Shown piece after piece: positions 1 to 13,500 of a stretch of 64,000 bases of DNA. The notes under the pieces were generated by a model. That model did not search any database. It worked only from the letters and a program-made list of their open reading frames with translations, and was not told the DNA's origin. Every line of letters begins with the position of its first letter. Position 1 is the stretch's first letter. The stretch is from positions 389,670,001 to 389,734,000 of the forward strand of contig OZ024740.1 in the NCBI GenBank assembly GCA_964016885.1. Direction: 5' to 3'. The position numbers and the translations under genes are program-made. This DNA is from Eledone cirrhosa. Its lineage: Eukaryota.

Positions 1-48
1 GTTTATTCATGTTCTGTCGGAGTCAGAACCTCTATTTATTCATGTTCT

Positions 49-770
49 TTCGGAGTTAGAACCTCTGTTTATTAATGTTCTTTCGGAGTTAGAACCTCTG
101 TTTATTCATGTTCTTTCGGAGTTAGAACCTCTATTTATTCATGTTCTGCCGCAGTTAGAACCACTTGTCGGAGTTAGAACCTCTATTTATTAATGTTCTG
201 TCGGAGTTAGAACCTCTGTTTATTCATGTTCTTTCGGAGTCAGAACCTCTGTATATTCATGTTTCTCGGAGTTAGAACCTCTGTTTATTCATGTTCTTTC
301 GGAGTTAGAACCTCTATTTATTCATGTTCTGTCAGAGTTAGAACTTCTATTTATTCTTGTTCTGTCGGAGTTAGAACCTCTATTTATTCATGTTCTGTCT
401 GACTTAGAACCTCTGTTTATTCATGTTCTTTCGGAGTTAGAACCTCTCTTTGTTTATGTTCTGTCGCAGTTAGAACCACTATTTATTCATGTTCTGTCGG
501 AGTTAGAACCTCTATTTATTCATGTTCTGTCGGAGTTAGAACATCTATTTATTCATGTTCTGTCGCAGTTAGAACCTCTGTTTATTCATGTTCTGTCGGA
601 GTTAGAACCTCTTGTCGGAGTCAGAACCTCTATTTATTCATGTTCTTTCGGAGTTAGAACCTCTATTTATTCATGTTCTGTGGGAGTTATAACCTCTATT
701 TTTTCATGTTCTGTCGGAGTTAGAACCTCTGTTTATTCATGTTCTGTCGGAGTCAGAACCTCTTGTCGGA
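49..770. repeat. Diverged marker block of ~22 monomers (TTAATG, GTATATTC, GAACTTCT..TTCTTG, TCTGACTT, CTCTCTTTGTTTATG, AGAACATCT, TATTTTTTC variants); 8 full or partial copies in window
   Basis: The diagnostic TCTGACTTAG variant occurs at ~401, 15699, 21151, 39341, 41018, 44796, 45855 and 46335 with the same ordered neighbouring variants. ORF offsets agree (739/16037/21489). Confidence 0.92.
148..166. repeat. 19-bp truncated monomer (first example; recurs throughout, e.g. 1180-1198, 2621-2639, 11601-11619)
   Basis: G(T/C)CG(C/G)AGTTAGAACC(T/A)CTT is followed directly by GTCGGAG. It lacks 14 bp (RTTTATTCATGTTC) relative to consensus, with the same junction each time. Confidence 0.97.
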
Positions 771-1729
771 GTTAGAACCTCTATTTATTCATGTTCTGTC
801 AGAGTTAAAACCTCTATTTATTCATGTTCTGTCGGAGTTAGAACCTCTATTTATTCATGTTCTTTCGGAGTTAGAACCTCTATTTATTCATGTTCTGTCG
901 GAGTTAGAACCTCTGTTTATTCATGTTCTGTCGCAGTTAGAACCTCTATTTATTCATGTTCTGTGGTAGTTATAACCTCTATTTATTCATGTTCTGTCGG
1001 AGTCAGAACCTCTATTTATTCATGTTCTGTCGCAGTTATAACCACTTGTCGGAGTCAGTACCTCTATTTATTCATGTTCTTTCGGAGTTAGAACCTCTGT
1101 TTATTCATGTTCTTTCGGAGTTAGAACCTCTGTTTATTCATGTTCTTTCGGAGTTAGAACCTCTGTTTATTCATGTTCTGCCGCAGTTAGAACCTCTTGT
1201 CGGAGTTAGAACCTCCGTTTATTCATGTTTCTCGGAGTTAGAACCTCTGTTTATTCATGTTCTTTCGGAGTTAGAACCTCTGTTTATTCATGTTCTGCCG
1301 TAGTTAGAACCTCTTGTCGGAGTTAGAACCTCCGTTTATTCATGTTTCTCGGAGTTAGAACCTCTGTTTATTCATGTTCTGTCGCAGTTAGAACCTCTTG
1401 TCGGAGTTAGAACCTCTATACATTCATGTTCTTTCGGAGTTAGAACCTCTATTTATTCATGTTCTGTCGGAGTTAGAACCTCTGTTTATTCATGTTCTGT
1501 CGGAGTTAGAACCTCTGTTTATTCATGTTCTGTCGGAGTTAGAACCTCTGTTTATTCATGTTCTGTCGGAGTTAGAACCTCTGTTTATTCATGTTCTGTC
1601 GGAGTCAGAACCTCTATTTATTCATGTTCTGTCGGAGTTAGAAACTCTGTTTATTCATGTTCTGTCGGAGTCAGAACCTCTATTTATTCATGTTCTGTCG
1701 GAGTTAGAACCGCTGTTTATTCATGTTCT

Positions 1730-3549
1730 GTCGGAATCAGAACCTCTATTTATTCATGTTCTGTCGGAGTTAGAACCTCTATTTATTCATGTTCTGTCGG
1801 AGTTAGAACCTCTATTTATTCATGTTCTGTCGGAGTCAGAACCTCTATTTATTCATGTTCTGTCGGAGTTAGAAACTCTGTTTATTCATGTTCTGTCGGA
1901 GTCAGAACCTCTGTTTATTCATGTTCTGTCGCAGTTAGAACCTCTATTTATTCATGTTCTGTGGGAGTTAGAACCTCGATTTATTCATGTTCTGTCGGAG
2001 TTAGAACCTCTGTTTATTCATGTTCTGTCGGAGTCAGAAGCTCTATTTATTCATGTTCTGTCGGAGTTAGAACCTCTGTTTATTCATGTTCTGTCGGAGT
2101 CAGAAGCTCTATTTATTCATGTTCTGTCGGAGTTAGAACCTCTGTTTATTCATGTTCTGTCGGAGTCAGAACCTCTATTTATTCATGTTCTGTCGGAGTT
2201 AGAACCGCTGTTTATTCATGTTCTGTCGGAATCAGAAGCCCTATTTATTCATGTTCTGTCGGAGTTAGAACCTCTATTTATTCATGTTCTGTCGGAGTTA
2301 GAACCTCTGTTTATTCATGTTCTGTCGGAGTCAGAACCTCTATTTATTCATGTTCTGTCGGAGTTAGAACCGCTGTTTATTCATGTTCTGTCGGAATCAG
2401 AAGCCCTATTTATTCATGTTCTGTCGGAGTTAGAACCTCTATTTATTCATGTTCTGTCGGAGTTAGAACCTCTGTTTATTCATGTTCTGTCGCAGTTAGA
2501 ACCTCTATTTATTCATGTTCTGTGGGAGTTAGAACCTCTGTTTATTCATGTTCTGTCGGAGTTAGAACCTCTGTTTATTCATGTTCTGTCGGAGTCAGAA
2601 CCTCTATTTATTCATGTTCTGTCGCAGTTAGAACCTCTTGTCGGAGTCAGAACCTCTATTTATTCATGTTCTGTCGGAGTTAGAACCTCTATTTATTCAT
2701 GTTCTGTCGGAGTTAGAACCTCTATTTATTCATGTTCTGTCGGAGTCAGAACCTCTATTTATTCATGTTCTGTCGGAGTTAGAAACTCTATTTATTCATG
2801 TTCTGTCGGAGTCAGAACCTCTGTTTATTCATGTTCTGTCGCAGTTAGAACCTCTATTTATTCATGTTCTGTGGGAGTTAGAACCTCGATTTATTCATGT
2901 TCTGTCGGAGTTAGAACCTCTGTTTATTCATGTTCTGTCGGAGTCAGAAGCTCTATTTATTCATGTTCTGTCGGAGTTAGAACCTCTGTTTATTCATGTT
3001 CTGTCGGAGTCAGAAGCTCTATTTATTCATGTTCTGTCGGAGTTAGAACCTCTGTTTATTCATGTTCTGTCGGAGTCAGAACCTCTATTTATTCATGTTC
3101 TGTCGGAGTTAGAACCGCTGTTTATTCATGTTCTGTCGGAATCAGAAGCCCTATTTATTCATGTTCTGTCGGAGTTAGAACCTCTATTTATTCATGTTCT
3201 GTCGGAGTTAGAACCTCTGTTTATTCATGTTCTGTCGGAGTCAGAACCTCTATTTATTCATGTTCTGTCGGAGTTAGAACCGCTGTTTATTCATGTTCTG
3301 TCGGAATCAGAAGCCCTATTTATTCATGTTCTGTCGGAGTTAGAACCTCTATTTATTCATGTTCTGTCGGAGTTAGAACCTCTGTTTATTCATGTTCTGT
3401 CGCAGTTAGAACCTCTATTTATTCATGTTCTGTGGGAGTTAGAACCTCTGTTTATTCATGTTCTGTCGGAGTTAGAACCTCTGTTTATTCATGTTCTGTC
3501 GGAGTCAGAACCTCTATTTATTCATGTTCTGTCGCAGTTAGAACCTCTT
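1730..3549. repeat. Tandem 910-bp higher-order unit x2 (27x33 + 19 bp)
   Basis: The same ordered variants (GAAACT, GTGGGAG..CTCGAT, GAAGCT, ACCGCT, GGAATCAGAAGCCC) recur at a 910-bp offset. Further copies lie near 17509, 23621 and 27204. Confidence 0.9.
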
Positions 3550-3999
3550 GTCGGAGTCAGAACCTCTATTTATTCATGTTCTGTCGGAGTTAGAACCTCT
3601 ATTTATGCATGTTCTGTCAGAGTTAGAACCTCTATTTATTCATGTTCTGTCGGCGTTAGAACCTCTATTTATTCATGTTCTGTCGGAGTTAGAACCTCTA
3701 TTTATTCATGTTCTGTCGGAGTTAGAACCTCTGTTTATTCATGTTCTGTCGGAGTCAGAACCTCTATTTATTCATGTTCTGTCGCAGTTATAACCACTTG
3801 TCGGAGTCAGTACCTCTATTTATTCATGTTCTTTCGGAGTTAGAACCTCTGTTTATTCATGTTCTTTCGGAGTTAGAACCTCTGTTTATTCATGTTCTTT
3901 CGGAGTTAGAACCTCTGTTTATTCATGTTCTGCCGCAGTTAGAACCTCTTGTCGGAGTTAGAACCTCCGTTTATTCATGTTTCTCGGAGTTAGAACCTC

Positions 4000-6900
4000 T
4001 GTTTATTCATGTTCTTTCGGAGTTAGAACCTCTGTTTATTCATGTTCTGCCGCAGTTAGAACCTCTTGTCGGAGTTAGAACCTCCGTTTATTCATGTTTC
4101 TCGGAGTTAGAACCTCTGTTTATTCATGTTCTTTCGGAGTTAGAACCTCTATTTATTCATGTTCTGTCGCAGTTAGAACCTCTTGTCGGAGTTAGAACCT
4201 CTATACATTCATGTTCTTTCGGAGTTAGAACCTCTATTTATTCATGTTCTGTCGGAGTTAGAACCTCTGTTTATTCATGTTCTGTCGGAGTTAGAACCTC
4301 TGTTTATTCATGTTCTGTCGGAGTTAGAACCTCTGTTTATTCATGTTCTTTCGGAGTTAGAACCTCTATTTATTCATGTTCTGTCGGAGTTAGAACCTCT
4401 GTTTATTCATGTTCTGTCGGAGTCAGAACCTCTATTTATTCATGTTCTGTCGGAGTTAGAAACTCTGTTTATTCATGTTCTGTCGGAGTCAGAACCTCTA
4501 TTTATTCATGTTCTGTCGGAGTTAGAAACTCTGTTTATTCATGTTCTGTCGGAGTCAGAACCTCTGTTTATTCATGTTCTGTCGCAGTTAGAACCTCTAT
4601 TTATTCATGTTCTGTGGGAGTTAGAACCTCGATTTATTCATGTTCTGTCGGAGTTAGAACCTCTGTTTATTCATGTTCTGTCGGAGTCAGAAGCTCTATT
4701 TATTCATGTTCTGTCGGAGTTAGAACCTCTGTTTATTCATGTTCTGTCGGAGTCAGAAGCTCTATTTATTCATGTTCTGTCGGAGTTAGAACCTCTGTTT
4801 ATTCATGTTCTGTCGGAGTCAGAACCTCTATTTATTCATGTTCTGTCGGAGTTAGAACCGCTGTTTATTCATGTTCTGTCGGAATCAGAAGCCCTATTTA
4901 TTCATGTTCTGTCGGAGTTAGAACCTCTATTTATTCATGTTCTGTCGGAGTTAGAACCTCTGTTTAATCATGTTCTGTCGGAGTCAGAAGCTCTATTTAT
5001 TCATGTTCTGTCGGAGTTAGAACCTCTGTTTATTCATGTTCTGTCGGAGTCAGAACCTCTATTTATTCATGTTCTGTCGGAGTTAGAACCGCTGTTTATT
5101 CATGTTCTGTCGGAATCAGAAGCCCTATTTATTCATGTTCTGTCGGAGTTAGAACCTCTATTTATTCATGTTCTGTCGGAGTTAGAACCTCTGTTTATTC
5201 ATGTTCTGTCGGAGTCAGAACCTCTATTTATTCATGTTCTGTCGGAGTTAGAACCGCTGTTTATTCATGTTCTGTCGGAATCAGAAGCCCTATTTATTCA
5301 TGTTCTGTCGGAGTTAGAACCTCTATTTATTCATGTTCTGTCGGAGTTAGAACCTCTGTTTATTCATGTTCTGTCGCAGTTAGAACCTCTATTTATTCAT
5401 GTTCTGTGGGAGTTAGAACCTCTGTTTATTCATGTTCTGTCGGAGTTAGAACCTCTGTTTATTCATGTTCTGTCGGAGTCAGAACCTCTATTTATTCATG
5501 TTCTGTCGCAGTTAGAACCTCTTGTCGGAGTCAGAACCTCTATTTATTCATGTTCTGTCGGAGTTAGAACCTCTATTTATGCATGTTCTGTCAGAGTTAG
5601 AACCTCTATTTATTCATGTTCTGTCGGCGTTAGAACCTCTATTTATTCATGTTCTGTCGGAGTTAGAACCTCTATTTATTCATGTTCTGTCGGAGTTAGA
5701 ACCTCTGTTTATTCATGTTCTGTCGGAGTCAGAACCTCTATTTATTCATGTTCTGTCGCAGTTAGAACCTCTTGTCGGAGTCAGAACCTCTATTTATTCA
5801 TGTTCTGTCGGTGTTAGAACCTCTATTTATGCATGTTCTGTCGGAGTTAGAACCTCTATTTATTCATGTTCTGTCGGAGTTAGAACCTCTATTTATTCAT
5901 GTTCTGTCGGAGTTAGAACCTCTATTTATTCATGTTCTGTCGGAGTTAGAACCTCTGTTTATTCATGTTCTGTCGCAGTTAGAACCTCTATTTATTCATG
6001 TTCTGTGGTAGTTATAACCTCTATTTATTCATGTTCTGTCGGAGTTATAACCACTTGTCGGAGTCAGTACCTCTATTTATTCATGTTCTTTCGGAGTTAG
6101 AACCTCTGTTTATTCATGTTCTTTCGGAGTTAGAACCTCTGTTTATTCATGTTCTTTCGGAGTTAGAACCTCTGTTTATTCATGTTCTGCCGCAGTTAGA
6201 ACCTCTTGTCGGAGTTAGAACCTCCGTTTATTCATGTTTCTCGGAGTTAGAACCTCTGTTTATTCATTTTCTTTCGGAGTTAGAACCTCTATTTATTCAT
6301 GTTCTGTCGCAGTTAGAACCTCTTGTCGGAGTTAGAACCTCTATACATTCATGTTCTTTCGGAGTTAGAACCTCTATTTATTCATGTTCTGTCGGAGTTA
6401 GAACCTCTGTTTATTCATGTTCTGTCGGAGTTAGAACCTCTGTTTATTCATGTTCTTTCGGAGTTAGAACCTCTATTTATTCATGTTCTGTCGGAGTCAG
6501 AAGCTCTATTTATTCATGTTCTGTCGGAGTTAGAACCTCTTGTCGGAGTTAGAACCTCTATTTATTCATGTTCTGTCAGAGTTAAAACCTCTATTTATTC
6601 ATGTTCTGTCGGAGTTAGAACCTCTATTTATTCATGTTCTTTCGGAGTTAGAACCTCTATTTATTCATGTTCTGTCGGAGTTAGAACCTCTGTTTATTCA
6701 TGTTCTGTCGCAGTTAGAACCTCTATTTATTCATGTTCTGTGGTAGTTATAACCTCTATTTATTCATGTTCTGTCGGAGTCAGAACCTCTATTTATTCAT
6801 GTTCTGTCGCAGTTATAACCACTTGTCGGAGTCAGTACCTCTATTTATTCATGTTCTTTCGGAGTTAGAACCTCTGTTTATTCATGTTCTTTCGGAGTTA

Positions 6901-9900
6901 GAACCTCTGTTTATTCATGTTCTTTCGGAGTTAGAACCTCTGTTTATTCATGTTCTGCCGCAGTTAGAACCTCTTGTCGGAGTTAGAACCTCCGTTTATT
7001 CATGTTTCTCGGAGTTAGAACCTCTGTTTATTCATGTTCTTTCGGAGTTAGAACCTCTGTTTATTCATGTTCTGCCGCAGTTAGAACCTCTTGTCGGAGT
7101 TAGAACCTCCGTTTATTCATGTTTCTCGGAGTTAGAACCTCTGTTTATTCATGTTCTTTCGGAGTTAGAACCTCTATTTATTCATGTTCTGTCGCAGTTA
7201 GAACCTCTTGTCGGAGTTAGAACCTCTATACATTCATGTTCTTTCGGAGTTAGAACCTGTATTTATTCATGTTCTGTCGGAGTTAGAACCTCTGTTTATT
7301 CATGTTCTGTCCGAGTTAGAACCTCTGTTTATTCATGTTCTGTCGGAGTTAGAACCTCTGTTTATTCATGTTCTTTCGGAGTTAGAACCTCTATTTATTC
7401 ATGTTCTATCGGAGTTAGAACCTCTGTTTATTCATGTTCTGTCGGAGTCAGAACCTCTATTTATTCATGTTCTGTCGGAGTTAGAAACTCTGTTTATTCA
7501 TGTTCTGTCGGAGTCAGAACCTCTATTTATTCATGTTCTGTCGGAGTTAGAAACTCTGTTTATTCATGTTCTGTCGGAGTCAGAACCTCTGTTTATTCAT
7601 GTTCTGTCGCAGTTAGAACCTCTATTTATTCATGTTCTGTGGGAGTTAGAACCTCGATTTATTCATGTTCTGTCGGAGTTAGAACCTCTGTTTATTCATG
7701 TTCTGTCGGAGTCAGAAGCTCTATTTATTCATGTTCTGTCGGACTTAGAACCTCTGTTTATTCATGTTCTGTCGGAGTCAGAAGCTCTATTTATTCATGT
7801 TCTGTCGGAGTTAGAACCTCTGTTTATTCATGTTCTGTCGGAGTCAGAACCTCTATTTATTCATGTTCTGTCGGAGTTAGAACCGCTGTTTATTCATGTT
7901 CTGTCGGAATCAGAAGCCCTATTTATTCATGTTCTGTCGGAGTTAGAACCTCTATTTATTCATGTTCTGTCGGAGTTAGAACCTCTGTTTATTCATGTTC
8001 TGTCGGAGTCAGAACCTCTATTTATTCATGTTCTGTCGGAGTTAGAACTGCTGTTTATTCATGTTCTGTCGGAATCAGAAGCCCTATTTATTCATGTTCT
8101 GTCGGAGTTAGAACCTCTATTTATTCATGTTCTGTCGGAGTTAGAACCTCTGTTTATTCATGTTCTGTCGCAGTTAGAACCTCTATTTATTCATGTTCTG
8201 TGGGAGTTAGAACCTCTGTTTATTCATGTTCTGTCGGAGTTAGAACCTCTGTTTATTCATGTTCTGTCGGAGTCAGAACCTCTATTTATTCATGTTCTGT
8301 CGCAGTTAGAACCTCTTGTCGGAGTCAGAACCTCTATTTATTCATGTTCTGTCGGAGTTAGAACCTCTATTTATGCATGTTCTGTCAGAGTTAGAACCTC
8401 TATTTATTCATGTTCTGTCGGCGTTAGAACCTCTATTTATTCATGTTCTGTCGGAGTTAGAACCTCTATTTATTCATGTTCTGTCGGAGTTAGAACCTCT
8501 GTTTATTCATGTTCTGTCGGAGTCAGAACCTCTATTTATTCATGTTCTGTCGCAGTTAGAACCTCTTGTCGGAGTCAGAACCTCTATTTATTCATGTTCT
8601 GTCGGTGTTAGAACCTCTATTTATGCATGTTCTGTCGGAGTTAGAACCTCTATTTATTCATGTTCTGTCGGAGTTAGAACCTCTATTTATTCATGTTCTG
8701 TCGGAGTTAGAACCTCTATTTATTCATGTTCTGTCGGAGTTAGAACCTCTGTTTATTCATGTTCTGTCGCAGTTAGAACCTCTATTTATTCATGTTCTGT
8801 GGTAGTTATAACCTCTATTTATTCATGTTCTGTCGGAGTTATAACCACTTGTCGGAGTCAGTACCTCTATTTATTCATGTTCTTTCGGAGTTAGAACCTC
8901 TGTTTATTCATGTTCTTTCGGAGTTAGAACCTCTGTTTATTCATGTTCTTTCGGAGTTAGAACCTCTGTTTATTCATGTTCTGCCGCAGTTAGAACCTCT
9001 TGTCGGAGTTAGAACCTCCGTTTATTCATGTTTCTCGGACTTAGAACCTCTGTTTATTCATGTTCTTTCGGAGTTAGAACCTCTATTTATTCATGTTCTG
9101 TCGCAGTTAGAACCTCTTGTCGGAGTTAGAACCTCTATACATTCATGTTCTTTCGGAGTTAGAACCTCTATTTATTCATGTTCTGTCGGAGTTAGAACCT
9201 CTGTTTATTCATGTTCTGTCGGAGTTAGAACCTCTGTTTATTCATGTTCTGTCGGAGTTAGAACCTCTGTTTATTCATGTTCTTTCGGAGTTAGAACCTC
9301 TATTTATTCATGTTCTGTCGGAGTCAGAAGCTCTATTTATTCATGTTCTGTCGGAGTTAGAACCTCTTGTCGGAGTTAGAACCTCTATTTATTCATGTTC
9401 TGTCAGAGTTAAAACCTCTATTTATTCATGTTCTGTCGGAGTTAGAACCTCTATTTATTCATGTTCTTTCGGAGTTAGAACCTCTATTTATTCATGTTCT
9501 GTCGGAGTTAGAACCTCTGTTTATTCATGTTCTGTCGCAGTTAGAACCTCTATTTATTCATGTTCTGTGGTAGTTATAACCTCTATTTATTCATGTTCTG
9601 TCGGAGTCAGAACCTCTATTTATTCATGTTCTGTCGCAGTTATAACCACTTGTCGGAGTCAGTACCTCTATTTATTCATGTTCTTTCGGAGTTAGAACCT
9701 CTGTTTATTCATGTTCTTTCGGAGTTAGAACCTCTGTTTATTCATGTTCTTTCGGAGTTAGAACCTCTGTTTATTCATGTTCTGCCGCAGTTAGAACCTC
9801 TTGTCGGAGTTAGAACCTCCGTTTATTCATGTTTCTCGGAGTTAGAACCTCTGTTTATTCATGTTCTTTCGGAGTTAGAACCTCTGTTTATTCATGTTCT

Positions 9901-10100
9901 GCCGCAGTTAGAACCTCTTGTCGGAGTTAGAACCTCCGTTTATTCATGTTTCTCGGAGTTAGAACCTCTGTTTATTCATGTTCTTTCGGAGTTAGAACCT
10001 CTATTTATTCATGTTCTGTCGCAGTTAGAACCTCTTGTCGGAGTTAGAACCTCTATACATTCATGTTCTTTCGGAGTTAGAACCTCTATTTATTCATGTT
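4000..10100. repeat. Imperfect ~2.8-3.0 kb tandem duplication (boundaries approximate)
   Basis: Matching ORF/variant positions 5522/8316, 5772/8566 and 6323/9117 (2794 bp), 6733/9560 (2827 = +33) and 4183/7208 (3025). Confidence 0.8.
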
Positions 10101-10569
10101 CTGTCGGAGTTAGAACCTCTGTTTATTCATGTTCTGTCGGAGTTAGAACCTCTGTTTATTCATGTTCTGTCGGAGTTAGAACCTCTGTTTATTCATGTTC
10201 TGTCGGAGTTAGAACCTCTGTTTATTCATGTTCTGTCGGAGTTAGAACCTCTGTTTATTCATGTTCTTTCGGAGTTAGAACCTCTATTTATTCATGTTCT
10301 GTCGCAGTTAGAACCTCTTGTCGGAGTTAGAACCTCTATACATTCATGTTCTTTCGGAGTTAGAACCTCTATTTATTCATGTTCTGTCGGAGTTAGAACC
10401 TCTGTTTATTCATGTTCTGTCGGAGTTAGAACCTCTGTTTATTCATGTTCTGTCGGAGTTAGAACCTCTGTTTATTCATGTTCTTTCGGAGTTAGAACCT
10501 CTATTTATTCATGTTCTGTCGGAGTCAGAAGCTCTATTTATTCATGTTCTGTCGGAGTTAGAACCTCTT

Positions 10570-13500
10570 GTCGGAGTTAGAACCTCTATTTATTCATGTT
10601 CTGTCAGAGTTAAAACCTCTATTTATTCATGTTCTGTCGGAGTTAGAACCTCTATTTATTCATGTTCTTTCGGCGTTAGAACCTCTATTTATTCATGTTC
10701 TGTCGGAGTTAGAACCTCTGTTTATTCATGTTCTGTCGCAGTTAGAACCTCTATTTATTCATGTTCTGTGGTAGTTATAACCTCTATTTATTCATGTTCT
10801 GTCGGAGTCAGAACCTCTATTTATTCATGTTCTGTCGCAGTTATAACCACTTGTCGGAGTCAGTACCTCTATTTATTCATGTTCTTTCGGAGTTAGAACC
10901 TCTGTTTATTCATGTTCTTTCGGAGTTAGAACCTCTGTTTATTCATGTTCTTTCGGAGTTAGAACCTCTGTTTATTCATGTTCTGCCGCAGTTAGAACCT
11001 CTTGTCGGAGTTAGAACCTCCGTTTATTCATGTTACTCGGAGTTAGAACCTCTGTTTATTCATGTTCTTTCGGAGTTAGAACCTCTATTTATTCATGTTC
11101 TGTCGCAGTTAGAACCTCTTGTCGGAGTTAGAACCTCTATACATTCATGTTCTTTCGGAGTTAGAACCTCTATTTATTCATGTTCTGTCGGAGTTAGAAC
11201 CTCTGTTTATTCATGTTCTGTCGGAGTTAGAACCTCTGTTTATTCATGTTCTGTCGGAGTTAGAACCTCTGTTTATTCATGTTCTTTCGGAGTTAGAACC
11301 TCTATTTATTCATGTTCTGTCGGAGTCAGAAGCTCTATTTATTCATGTTCTGTCGGAGTTAGAACCTCTTGTCGGAGTTAGAACCTCTATTTATTCATGT
11401 TCTGTCAGAGTTAAAACCTCTATTTATTCATGTTCTGTCGGAGTTAGAACCTCTATTTATTCATGTTCTTTCGGAGTTAGAACCTCTATTTATTCATGTT
11501 CTGTCGGAGTTAGAACCTCTGTTTATTCATGTTCTGTCGAAGTTAGAACCTCTGTTTATTCATGTTCTGTCGGAGTCAGAACCTTATTTTTTCATGTTCT
11601 GTCGCAGTTAGAATCTCTTGTCGGAGTTAGAACCTCTATTTATTCATGTTCTGTCGGAGTTAGAACCTCTGTTTATTCATGTTCTGTCGGAGTCAGAACC
11701 TCTATTTATTCATGTTCTGTCGGAGTTAGAAACTCTGTTTATTCATGTTCTGTCGGAGTCAGAACCTCTATTTATTCATGTTCTGTCGGAATTAGAACCG
11801 CTGTTTATTTATGTTCTGTTGGAGTCAGAAGCTCTATTTATTCATGTTCTGTCGGAGTTAGAACCTCTGTTTATTCATGTTCTGTCGGAGTCAGAACCTC
11901 TATTTATTCATGTTCTGTCGGAGTTAGAACCTCTGTTTATTCATGTTCTGTCGGAGTTAGAACCTCTTGTCGGAGTTAGAACCTCTATTTATTCATGTTC
12001 TGTCAGAGTTAAAACCTCTATTTATTCATGTTCTGTCGGAGTTAGAACCTCTATTTATTCATGTTCTTTCGGCGTTAGAACCTCTATTTATTCATGTTCT
12101 GTCGGAGTTAGAACCTCTGTTTATTCATGTTCTGTCGCAGTTAGAACCTCTATTTATTCATGTTCTGTGGTAGTTATAACCTCTATTTATTCATGTTCTG
12201 TCGGAGTCAGAACCTCTATTTATTCATGTTCTGTCGCAGTTATAACCACTTGTCGGAGTCAGTACCTCTATTTATTCATGTTCTTTCGGAGTTAGAACCT
12301 CTGTTTATTCATGTTCTTTCGGAGTTAGAACCTCTGTTTATTCATGTTCTTTCGGAGTTAGAACCTCTGTTTATTCATGTTCTGCCGCAGTTAGAACCTC
12401 TTGTCGGAGTTAGAACCTCCGTTTATTCATGTTTCTCGGAGTTAGAACCTCTGTTTATTCATGTTCTTTCGGAGTTAGAACCTCTATTTATTCATGTTCT
12501 GTCGCAGTTAGAACCTCTTGTCGGAGTTAGAACCTCTATACATTCATGTTCTTTCGGAGTTAGAACCTCTATTTATTCATGTTCTGTCGGAGTTAGAACC
12601 TCTGTTTATTCATGTTCTGTCGGAGTTAGAACCTCTGTTTATTCATGTTCTGTCGGAGTTAGAACCTCTGTTTATTCATGTTCTTTCGGAGTTAGAACCT
12701 CTATTTATTCATGTTCTGTCGGAGTCAGAAGCTCTATTTATTCATGTTCTGTCGGAGTTAGAACCTCTTGTCGGAGTTAGAACCTCTATTTATTCATGTT
12801 CTGTCAGAGTTAAAACCTCTATTTATTCATGTTCTGTCGGAGTTAGAACCTCTATTTATTCATGTTCTTTCGGAGTTAGAACCTCTATTTATTCATGTTC
12901 TGTCGGAGTTAGAACCTCTGTTTATTCATGTTCTGTCGAAGTTAGAACCTCTGTTTATTCATGTTCTGTCGGAGTCAGAACCTTATTTTTTCATGTTCTG
13001 TCGCAGTTAGAATCTCTTGTCGGAGTTAGAACCTCTATTTATTCATGTTCTGTCGGAGTTAGAACCTCTGTTTATTCATGTTCTGTCGGAGTCAGAACCT
13101 CTATTTATTCATGTTCTGTCGGAGTTAGAAACTCTGTTTATTCATGTTCTGTCGGAGTCAGAACCTCTATTTATTCATGTTCTGTCGGAATTAGAACCGC
13201 TGTTTATTTATGTTCTGTTGGAGTCAGAAGCTCTATTTATTCATGTTCTGTCGGAGTTAGAACCTCTGTTTATTCATGTTCTGTCGGAGTCAGAACCTCT
13301 ATTTATTCATGTTCTGTCGGAGTTAGAACCTCTGTTTATTCATGTTCTGTCGGAGTTAGAACCTCTTGTCGGAGTTAGAACCTCTATTTATTCATGTTCT
13401 GCCAGAGTTAAAACCTCTATTTATTCATGTTCTGTCGGAGTTAGAACCTCTATTTATTCATGTTCTTTCGGCGTTAGAACCTCTATTTATTCATGTTCTG

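Noticed and set aside
10-48. Transcription-factor motifs in the monomer (TGTTCT steroid-receptor half-site, partial p53-like CATG core, GAAC/GTTC LexA- or HSE-like elements)
   Set aside because: Only half-sites or mismatched matches with wrong spacing (N9/N14); short motifs like these are expected by chance and have no gene context.
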